Shown here: piece by piece, positions 10,591 through 21,644 of the stretch | How the letters are laid out: each line of letters opens with the position of its first letter | Numbering within the stretch: position 1 is the first letter of the stretch | Assembly: GCA_028826165.1 (NCBI GenBank) | Contig: JAPDFW010000147.1 | Location: 682,001-746,000 of the forward strand | Source of the DNA: Anaeramoeba ignava BMAN | Lineage: Eukaryota > Protista > Anaeramoebae | DNA: 64,000 nucleotides | Direction: 5' to 3' | Notes under the pieces: generated by a model | What the model was told of the DNA's origin: nothing | Databases searched by the model: none | What the model saw: only the letters and a program-made list of their open reading frames with translations | Program-made: the position numbers and the translations under genes

Positions 10591-13500
10591 TCATTTTTCA
10601 AAACAAATATCATTTGAAGAATAAGCATCAGTATCAACAAACCAAGAAAGAGAACCCTTAGGTCGAACAAGTTGAGCAGGAATCAAAAAAGGATTCTGAG
10701 GCCCATGAAGAACGGTATAAAGCCTTTTTGATTTCTTAGTTCCAGTTACAAAAAAACTAGCATTCAAACTGTTTTGAATAACAATAGGTGTTATTGTGAC
10801 TCTCCAAACTCCTAATTGCTCAACAAAAGTAGCAACTACTTTTCTCTTTGTTTCCGATATTGTATTCGCACCTGGGAATAATGAAGCTGTGTGTCCATCG
10901 TCTCCCATTCCCAAAAGAAGTAAATCAAAAAAAGTGGAATTTTTGATCGATTTTTGATTTCCAAAAAATTTCTCAATCTCTTCTTCATATAATTGCGCTG
11001 CTTTTTCAGGTTCAAACTCAGTATGAATTCGATGGATATTTTCAGGAGGAATTTTCACTTTGGAAAGAAGTGTTTCATTAATCATGTGGTAGTTACTATC
11101 CTTATCATCTGGAGGAACACATCTTTCATCAACCAAAAAAACATGAATTTTTGACCAATCCAAATCAGGTTCTTGAGCAACCAATTCATAAGGTTTTACA
11201 GGAGAAGCTCCGCCAGAAAGAGCCATTGTGAAGATTCCCTTTTTCTGGATAAATTGTCTTGCTGTTGTGGCAACCATTGTAGCATACATTTTGGCTACAT
11301 CTTCTGGAACAAGTACTCGAATATCATCAGTTTTTCTTGGAAGAAGATAATTTACCTGGGAAACAAGTGAAGATAAAGAATTTGTTCCAAGCGTCGAAAC
11401 ATATTGTATTGGAATTCCATGATCTGTAATTGAATCAAATAGTTTCCAAGACAATCTCTGTTCTTCTGCTGATGTAAATAGTGAGGAATCTCCAAGCATT
11501 ACATCAAGAAGTAATCTTTCATAAGCATCTGGTAGTGGTTCTCCTTGTGAATACAAATATGTTAATTTCATTGGTTGTGTTTTCATTCCTGCTCCTGGTA
11601 TTTTTGATAGCATTTTTAGTTCAATTCTTTCATCTGGTTGAATTACTATTCTTAATTGGTTTTTACACACACTTTCTAGTGATGTTGAAAACATTGAAAA
11701 TGGTGGTTGTTTGAATGTGAGTACAATTTCAGTTTCTTTTTTGGCTAATTTTTTTCCAGAACTTAAACGGAATCTAACACCTAAAAATAATCAAAAATTT
11801 AATCAAACAATTAATCAAGAAATTAATCAAGAATTTAATCAAAAAATTAATCAAAAATTAATCAAAAAATTAATCAAAAAATTAATCAAAAAATTAATCA
11901 AAAAATTAATCAAAAAATTAATCAAAAAATTTATCAAACAATTTATCAAAAAATTTATCAAAAAATTAATCAAAAAATTAATCAAAAAATTAATCAAAAA
12001 ATTAATCAAAAAATTAATCAAAAAATTAATCAAAAAATTAATCAATAAATTAATCAAAAAATTAATCAAAAAATTAATTAAGAAATTAATCAAAAAATTA
12101 ATCAAGAAATTAATTAAGAAATTAATCAAGAAATTAATTAAGAAATTAATCAAGAAATTAATTAAGAAATTAATCAAGAAATTAATTAAGAAATTAATCA
12201 AGAAATTAATCAAGAAATTAATCAAGAAATTAATCAAAAAATTTATCAAACAATTTATCAAAAAATTTATCAAAAAATTAATCAATAAATTAATCAAAAA
12301 ATTAATCAATAAATTAATCAATAAATTAATCAATAAATTAATTAAGAAAAAAAATCAAGAAATTAATCAATAAATTAATCAATAAATTAATCAATAAATT
12401 TTATCAAAAATTAATCAAAAATTAATCAAAAATTAATCAAAAATTAATCAAAAATTAATCAATAAATTAATCAAAAATTGAAATCAATAAATTAATCAAA
12501 AAATTATCAATAAATTAATCAATAAATTAATCAATAAATTAATCAAAAAATTAATCAAAAAATTAATTAAGAAATTAATCAAAAAATTAATCAAGAAATT
12601 AATTAAGAAATTAATCAAGAAATTAATCAATAAATTAATCAAAAAATTAATCAAAAAATTAATTAAGAAATTAATCAAGAAATTAATCAAGAAATTAATT
12701 AAGAAATTAATTAAGAAATTAATCAATAAATTTATCAAAAAATTAATCAAAAAATTAATCAATAAATTAATTAAGAAATTAATTAAGAAATTAATCAATA
12801 AATTAATCAATAAATTTATCAAGAAATTAATCAAGAAATTAATCAAGAAATTTATCAAGAAATTAATCAATAAATTAATCAAGAAATTAATCAATAAATT
12901 AATCAATAAATTAATCAATAAATTTATCAATAAATTAATCAAAAAATTAATCAAAAAATTAATCAAAAAATTAATCAAAAAATTAATCAAAAAATTAATC
13001 AAGAAATTAATCAAAAAATTTATCAATAAATTAATTAAGAAATTAATTAAAAAATTAATCAAAAAATTTATCAAGAAATTAATCAAAAAATTAATCAAGA
13101 AATTAATCAAAAAATTAATCAAAAAATTAATCAAAAAATTAATCAATAAATTAATCAATAAATTTATCAAGAAATTAATCAATAAATTAATCAATAAATT
13201 AATCAATAAATTAATCAATAAATTAATCAAGAAATTTATCAATAAATTAATCAAGAAATTAATCAATAAATTAATCAATAAATTAATCAATAAATTAATC
13301 AATAAATTAATCAATAAATTAATCAAGAAATTAATCAATAAATTAATCAATAAATTAATCAAGAAATTAATCAAGAAATTAATCAAGAAATTAATCAATA
13401 AATTAATCAATAAATTAATCAAAAAATTAATCAAGAAATTAATCAATAAATTAATCAAGAAATTATCAAAAAATTAATCAAGAAATTAATCAATAAATTA

Positions 13501-15201
13501 ATTAAGAAATTAATTAAAAAATTAATCAAAAAATTTATCAAGAAATTAATCAAAAAATTAATCAAACAATTTATCAAAAAATTTAATCAAAAAAATTAAT
13601 CAATAAATTAATCAATAAATTAATCAAGAAATTATCAATAAATTAATCAAGAAATTAATCAAAAAATTAATCAAAAAATTAATCAAAAAAAAAGTGGAAT
13701 TAAATTTTTTTAAAATTACCTTGCCATCTCCAATTATCAATTTCTAAATCAACATCTGCATATGTTGGTGTATTTGAATCTTTAGATATTTTTTGTTCTG
13801 AACGATATCCGTGATATTGTCCAATTGCAAAATTTGAACATGAAATTGGTTTTATTGATTGAAGTAATTTAATTTTTTCTCTTCTTAAATAATCTGATGT
13901 ATATCTTGGTGGTGGTTCCATTGCAATTAAACAAAGGAGTTGAAGAAGATGATTTACTAACATATCTCGAATAACTCCTGATTTATCATAATAATTTCCT
14001 CTTCCTCCAACATCAACACTTTCCATTACATTTACATGAACAGATTCAATATAATTTCTGTTCCAAATTGGTTCAAAAATTGTATTTGCAAAACGGAAAG
14101 TTAAGATTGATTGAACAGTTTCCTATTTTTCATTTTAATTTATTATATTTATAATTAGATTTATATTTATATTTATATTTATATTTATAATTATATTTAT
14201 ATTTATATTTATATTTATATTATTATTTATATTTATATTTATATTTTTATTTTTATTTATATTTATATTTATATTTATATTTATAATATTTATATTTAGA
14301 TTTATATTTATATTTATATTTATATTTATATTTATATTTATATTTATATTTATATTTATAATTAGATTTATATTTATATTTATTATTTATATTTATATTT
14401 ATATTTATATTTATATTTATATTTATATTTATATTTAGATTTATATTTATATTTATATTTATATTTATATTTATATTTATATTTATATTTATATTATTAT
14501 TTATATTTATATTTATATTTATATTTATATTTATATTTATTTTAAATTTCTAAAAAAGAAAAACACACTTTTCCTAAATAATGGTCAATATAAAACACTT
14601 GAGAATGTGTAAAGATTGAATTAACAACTTTATGTAATTCAATAGCAGTTTCCAAATTTGAACCAAAAGGTTTTTCAATAATAATTCTAGACCAAAAAGA
14701 ATCTCTATTTTGATTCAATTTAAACTGAGCAAGATGACGCAAAATAATAGGATAAAGTTGAGGAGGAGTAGCGCAATAGAACAAATAATTAAGAGGAGTT
14801 TTAAATTTTTGATTTAGATCCAAAAGATGTTGAACCAAATTTTGATAAGTTTTTGGATCATCATAATCACCATAAAGATAAGTTATTTTTTTAGCAAAAC
14901 TATCCCAAGGTTCACAATAAGTTGTTTTTCCAGGTTTCAATCTCGAATAATTTTTGACACTTTCTTCAAGTGAATCACGAAATTCTTCATTTGTCATTTT
15001 TGTTCTTGCAACTCCAATTATTTGTGTATTTGTTCCTATTCTTGATTCACAATTCAAACTGTGAATTCCTGGAATTACTTTTCTGTTTGTTAAATCACCT
15101 GATGCTCCAAAAATTATAATCATGCATGATGGTTTTTCTTGAATTTGATTTTGCTCTAAACTTTCTCCTAAAAATTCTTTTATATTTTCACAAGAAAACA
15201 T
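10591..15201 (-). CDS. G6PD: Bifunctional glucose-6-phosphate dehydrogenase::6-phosphogluconolactonase; exons 15201-14569, 14122-13720, 11780-10591; 741 aa
   Basis: G6PD motifs GASGDLT, EKPFG, YIDHYLGK|ETVQ (split by intron 1), RFAN, GVIRDMLVNHLLQ, WRWQG|VRF, DAYERLL. 6PGL motifs ALSGGASP, DERCVPPDDKDSNY, LLGMGDDGHTASLFPG. Confidence 0.95.
11781..13719 (-). repeat. G6PD intron 2 (1939 nt), made of a 12-bp tandem repeat (AAATTAATCAA[A/G/T] on +)
   Basis: Direct reading. Accounts for the spurious (LIKK)n and (INFL)n ORFs. Confidence 0.95.
14123..14568 (-). repeat. G6PD intron 1, with (TTTATA)n on +
   Basis: Direct reading; GTGTGT donor and ATAG acceptor. Confidence 0.9.
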
Positions 15202-15504
15202 TTTTCTTTTTCTTTTAAATTCTTGATTTATTTTTTTTTTTTTTTTTTTGAGAGATAAAAAATGAAAAATTAAATTGAAAAAAATTTTTTGGATTTTCCT
15301 TTTTAAATTTCTTTTTTTCTTTTTTTTTTGATCTTTTTAAAAATTATTCAAATACGTGGAAATAATTTTATTTTGGGGGATTTTTTTTAAGATTTAATCA
15401 ATTTTTTTTAACCCTTTTTTAATCAAATTAAAATTAATTAAAGTAATTTCTTTTTTTTTTTTCTTTTTTATTCTTTGAAATGAGATTTGGATTGAAATGA
15501 AAAA

Positions 15505-15892
15505 TCCAAATTGAAAAATCAAATTGAAATCAAATCAAATTGAAATTGAATTGAAATCAAATCAAATTGAAATTGAAATCAAATTGAAATCAAATTGAAA
15601 AATTGAATTGAAATGAATTGAAATGAAATTGAAATGAAATTGAAATTCAAATTGAATTGAAATCAAATTGAAATCAAATTGAAATCAAATTGAAATCAAA
15701 TTGAAATCAAATTGAAATCAAATTGAATTGAAATCAAATTGAAAAATTGAATTGAAATCAAATTGAAATGAATTGAAAAATTGAATTGAATTGAATTGAA
15801 TTGAAAAATCAAATTGAAATCAAATTGAAATCAAATTGAAATCAAATTGAATCAAATTGAAATGAATTGAGAAAATGAATTGAGAAAATGAA
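15505..15892. repeat. Intergenic (AAATTG/AAATC) satellite
   Basis: Direct reading; an 11-bp AAATTGAAATC unit dominates. Confidence 0.9.
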
Positions 15893-15894
15893 AA

Positions 15895-18800
15895 TTAAAA
15901 GAGAATTAATCGATATTTCTCTTTTCTAAGAATATCTTTTCTTTTAGTAATCATTGGGAAATATTTGTTTTGAATCCATTGATCAAAATGATTATCATAA
16001 AATTCACTTGAAACATTTAAACTGTTTCCAACAGATGTTAATCCAACAGATTTATTAAAATCTTCTAAATCGCAAACAAACCTACATGAAGCAATTGTTT
16101 TAGAAAATGATCCATCTATCAAAGGTGTAAATCTAACTTGATTTGGTGTTGAAGAACCTCCTCCAATATGTGGAAGAACCTCCTCCATTTAATTTTGATT
16201 TTGATTTTAATTTTAATTTTGATTTTAATTTTGATTTTAATTTTGATTTTTGATTTTAATTTTAATTTTGATTTTAATTTTAATTTTAATTTTGATTTTA
16301 ATTTTTGAATTTTGATTTTGATTTTAATTTTGATTTTAATTTTAATTTTGATTTTAATTTTAATTTTAATTTTAATTTTGATTTTAATTTTTAATTTTGA
16401 TTTTAATTTTTAATTTTAATTTTAATTTTAATTTTAATTTAAATATTAATTTAAATATTGATTAAAAACCTCTATCAAATTTTTGGAAAATTTTTGATTT
16501 CTTTGAAAAAGGATGTGAAAGTTGAAGAAAATGAATTTTTCCATATTCCCAATTAGAAATATCTTCTGTTTCAAAAATAGAAACACAATGATCATAAGTA
16601 GAAATGAATGATTTTTCTAAAATAGTTTCAATTCCTTTGTTTTTATCAATCCAAAGAGAATTTGGATTTTTTAAGAATGTATGAAGAATTTCTGGAAAAA
16701 CAGGTGAAAATGAATTCATAGTTTTGATTGATGGATTTGGAAACATTCCTTTAAGCATATCAGCTAAATATTTTTCATCTTCTTTAAAATGATCTCGAAT
16801 AATGAAATCAAAAAGTTTATCTTCTAATACAAAAAATATAGATGCTCCAATAGATTTAATAATCATTTGATAATCCCAATTTGAAAGTATTTTCCAAATT
16901 TCTTTAACTTTAGAATTTTTATGTGAACTTAAAAAATTTTCCCATTTCTTTAAATTTTGAACAAATTCTTCTGCTGATGATGATTTCCAATCAGTTTGAA
17001 TTTCTTTAGCATCTTCCATTGTGATTTTGTTTCCTGTTTCTAATTTTTCTTCAATTGCTTTTCTTATTCTAATTGCTCTACTAGAACAGAAAAATTTTCC
17101 TGTATAAAAATTAGTATCTGCTGATTTATTATTAGCTGAAACAATAAATCCACATTCAGGATTAAATAATCGTGGATGTTCTTCATCTGGTAATGGTTTT
17201 ATCCAATCATATTCTCCACTCCAACCTGGTGAAAGGAAATCTGCTGGTTCTTTTCTTAATGGTATCATTCCACATAAAGTATATCCAATATTTCCTTCTT
17301 TATCTGAATAAGTTACATGGATTGGTAATTGATATAAATTATTTGTTGATTCAATAAATTCATTCCAATTTTTTGAAGTTGCAAACCCAAAAATTGCATT
17401 AAAAATGGATTTCTTTTCAATAAATTGAAAAGTTATTGATTGCATTGATAAATGAATTTCTTCTTTTTCTTCTTTTTCTTCTTTTTCATCATTTATTATT
17501 CCATTAAATTCTTTTGGAATAATTTTAGAAATAATTGGACCATGAATTGTTTTATAAATAATTTCTTCTCTTGGTTCTTTGTTTTTAATTTTGATAATAT
17601 GTTTTTCTTCTTTTAAATCTTTCCATTTTCCTTTATGAAGATATTTCTTTCCTTTTATTCTTTCAATAAAAATATCATTAGAATCAACCACAGATAAAGT
17701 TATTCCAATACAATGATGATGATTATGACCCTATTTATTTATTAATATTTTATTATTTATTATTTATTTATTAATATTTTATTATTTATTTATTATTTAT
17801 TTATTATTTATTTATTATTTATTTATTTGTTATTTATTTATTTGTTATTTATTTATTATTTATTTATTTTTTATTTATTTATTATTTATTATTTATTTAT
17901 TTATTATTTATTTATTATTAAATATTTTGTTTACAATCATAAATAATGGAACTCCAGGAACAGAAAATCCAGCAAATTTTAAACCTTCTTTTGATTTAAC
18001 ATCAATTTGATACCAAAAACTAGGAACAGAAAATTCTAAATGTGGATCTGAACAAAAAATTGAATTTCCAGTTGAAGTGATTTTACCACTAAAAGAAAAA
18101 GAATTACTACCAACAAATCCACTAAATTTTTGATGAATTTCATTAGCAGAAGAAAGAAATGATAAAGATTCATCAATTTTATTATGAATTTCATTTTTTT
18201 GAATATCAATATCGTTATCATTATCATTATCATTATCATTATCATTATCATTATCATTATAATTATCATTATCATTATCATTATCATTATCATTATCATT
18301 ATCATTATCATTATCATTATCATTATCATTGTTATTATCATTATCATTATCATTGTTATTATCATTATCATTATCATTATCCAAATTATCTTTCTTTTCA
18401 TCTAAATTATCATTATCATTATCATTATCATTGTTTTTATCATTTTGTTTTTGATTTTTTTGAATAATCAATTCTGTATTTGGAACTCTTTTAGCAATTT
18501 CAAGTATTTTTTCTTTTCCAACTAATAAACTTAATTTTTCTAAACATAATTTAATTGTATGTCCAAAAGACATTTGAAATGATAAAAATCTTCCTAAAAT
18601 TAAAATATCTTTAATTTCAAATTTTTCAGGAATAATTCCTAAAAGTTTCAATTCTAAAGGAAGTGAATTATTTTCAACACAAACATCAACAAAATGATTA
18701 ACTCCATCACAATATCTTTGACTAAGTGAGATTTGTTCTTTTGTAAGTTCTGATAATTCTTTTTGAGCAAGTTCATCAAAACCACATGATCTAATAAAAA

Positions 18801-19092
18801 TATCTGCATTAATTACATTTGGAATATCACCAAGTATTTCTGCAAGTCTTCCTGAAGATGCTGATCTAAATAATACGAATTGTAATAATCGATCTTGAGC
18901 TGTTATGAAACCTTGTGCAAATAATGCATCGTTATTTGTTTTTGCATAAATATGTGGAACTCCATATTTATCACGAATTACTTCAACTGGTTTAGTTAAT
19001 TTTTTTGTTTTTATTTTTCCAGATATTTGAGGAAGTCTTAACCATGCTCTTGTTTTTAAATAAAATGATAAACCTGTGTAAATAATTTCCAT
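15895..19092 (-). CDS. Penicillin acylase/AHL-acylase family Ntn hydrolase (peptidase S45); exons 19092-17935, 17730-16470 and ~16180-15895
   Basis: RDKYGVPHIYA, AQGFITAQDRLLQ, nucleophile motif G-SNSF...SDPHL, GFSVPGVP..I|GHN, GYTLCGMIPLR, FIVSANNK, FYDNHFDQW. The last splice junction is not cleanly in phase. Confidence 0.9.
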
Positions 19093-19237
19093 TGTTTTTT
19101 TTTTGTTTTTTTGTGTTTTTTTTTCCAATTTAATTTGAAAGAAAAAAAATGAAAAAAACAAATTATTTTTTTGCTTTTTTTTATTTGAATAAAAATTCCT
19201 AAAATAAAATTTTTATTTCAAAAATAGTAAATAAAAA

Positions 19238-21497
19238 TTAATTTTTCTTTTTCTCAATATCTTCTTTTTCATCATCCAAACTCATTGCAAATTGTCTTAA
19301 TTCTCCCCACAAATAAGATTTTCTTGTTTTTTGAAATAAAAACTTCATATCTGTTGCTTTCAAATCATTTCTTAACTTGGAATTTCCAATACAACTTTCT
19401 TGACTTAATTTCAATGATTGTGCTTTTAATTGAAGAAATTGAAGTCTTAATTGAAGAATTTCTTGTTGCAAACTATTAAACATTTTTGATTTTGTTGAAT
19501 TTTCAGATTCTTCATTCATATTCTTTTGAATCATTTCAATTTTCTTTTCTTGTTTTTCTTGAAACTCTTTGAATCTTTGATTTTGATCCTCCATTTGCTT
19601 TTGTATTTTTTGGATCACTCTTTTTGTATTTGGATTTTTCACTAAAATTTTTTTTTGGATTTCATTAAATTGATCTTGAAAAGGTAAATATTCCTCATTT
19701 AATTCATCAATGGATTGCTTTAATCGAGAAATTGCTCGATAAAGATTGATATTGATATCACTAAATTTCTCAAAATATTCGGGATTTGTAATGTTTGTTT
19801 GTTTTGAAGGATTTGAATTTTCCGAAATTTTTTTTTGAATTTCTTGAAAGAAAAAAATTAATTATTTTTTTTTTGGATCGAAAAAATATTTTTATTTTTT
19901 ACCTTGAACTGTATTATTAAGTTGAACATGCAAAACTGAAAGATGATCAATTAAATGTTTTTGTTCTTCTAATTCTGCTCTAAGTGAATTATTTTCTTCT
20001 TGAAGAAGATTTTTTTGATAAATAACTGATTCATCTCTAGAAAGAATAAGATCTGCGTTTTCAAGATTTAAACTTGATCTTGATTCATTTTCAGCTTCTA
20101 TTAAATTTTAAGAAGAAAAAAAGAAAAAAAGAAAAAAAGAAAAAAGTGGAATTTTTTTTTTGTTAGTTCAAAATTTAAAAAAAGTGAAAAAAATTGTTTG
20201 ATTTTTTAAAACCTTTTCTGATTTTAAGTATTTTCTCAGCTTTTCTTATTTGAACTTCTTCAAAATTAGATTCATCAACATCATAATCAATTTGGATTGT
20301 ATTTTGATCACCTTTCTCGAATAATTTCAAAATATTTGATTGGGCTTCATCTTGTTCATCATTAGAGTCAGTATTTAAAACAACAGAACCATCAGAAGGA
20401 ATACCTGTATCTGTATTTTCATCTGAAGAACCAAACCAACCAAAACTTGAATTACTTTTTTCGTCATCTGATTTTGATTTAGATTTTGATTTTGATTTTG
20501 AATCTGTTTTTGATTTTGATTTTGATTTTGATTTTGATTTTGATTTTGATTTTGATTTTGATTTTGATTTTGATTTTTGTTTTTTTTCCTCGATTTTTTT
20601 TATTGTGCTTTGATTCACTGATTCTTTTTTTTCTTCACTTTTTTTCGAAAATAATAAATTTATATTATTGAAACATTCATTTTTCATTTTTAATGTTGAA
20701 AAAATAATCAAATATTGATTCTTATTTTTTTCAATAATAAATCCAAGAAAATGTGAAGGAAATTCTTCAATAGTAATTGTTTCTGATTTATCAAAAATGA
20801 GTTCTGGTTTATCAAAATTTTGTGTTGAAAATATTTGAATTTGAGATTCATTTAAAAATATAAATTTTAAATCCGGTTGCTTTTTTTTTTTTTTAATTTG
20901 AAAATGAAAATGAAAATTTAATAAATTTTTTCAAAATAATTTTTCAAATTAATTTTACATTTTTGGATTTTTTTTCAGAAAAAAGAATTATATATTGAGC
21001 TTTTTGAGATATTTTTTGATTTGCGACATTTGTTGATTTAAAATCAAAAATTTTTCTTTGAATAAGTTGTTGTTGAATTTTTTGAATGTTTTTAGAAAAT
21101 TCTTCAAATGATTTTTGATTTTCAAAAGAAATTATAATTTCATTATTTTCATTCCAATTTTGGATTTTCAAACAAAAAGGTTTTGATTCTTTAATTTCTT
21201 CAAAACAAGTTAAAAAAGTGATTTTATATTGTTTTTGCATTGTTTGTTGTTTATTTTCTGTAATCATAATTTGATAATTCCAAAATCTATTTAATTTTAA
21301 TTTTTTAATTTTTTAATTTTTTAATTTTTTAATTTTTATATAATTATTTTACTTGATTTCTTCTTCTTTCCATTGATTTTTTTGTTTAACTAAAGCTTTG
21401 TCTTTAATTTTTATTATTAAAAATTAAAAAATTAAATTAAAAATTAAAAAATTAAAAAATTAAAAATAAAATTACATTTATTTTGATTTGTTTTCAT
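19238..21497 (-). CDS. Hypothetical protein with two probable PH-like domains, an SK-rich linker and a C-terminal coiled coil; exons 21497-21476, 21401-21353, 21286-20959, 20879-20213, 20097-19903, 19842-19238; ~621 aa
   Basis: Five GT-AG introns give one continuous frame. Beta-rich segments end in helices (IIISFENQKSFEEFSKNI; YLIIFSTLKMKNECFNNI), as in PH folds. Domain call is by pattern only. Confidence 0.65.
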
Positions 21498-21644
21498 TTG
21501 TTTTAAAGATTAAAAATAAAAATAAAGGAAAATGAGCAAAAAAAAAATGAAAAATTAAAAAACTAAAAATAAATTTTTTTTTCATTTTTTTTTGTTTCAT
21601 TCTTTTCTTCTTTTTTTTTTCTATTCAATTTATAAATTAAAAAA

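Noticed and set aside
11711-13458. Long ORFs (LIKK)n and (INFL)n, and similar (IL)n, (LNLI)n, (DF)n and poly-I ORFs elsewhere
   Set aside because: These are translations of intronic or intergenic tandem repeats, or antisense readings of low-complexity coding runs.
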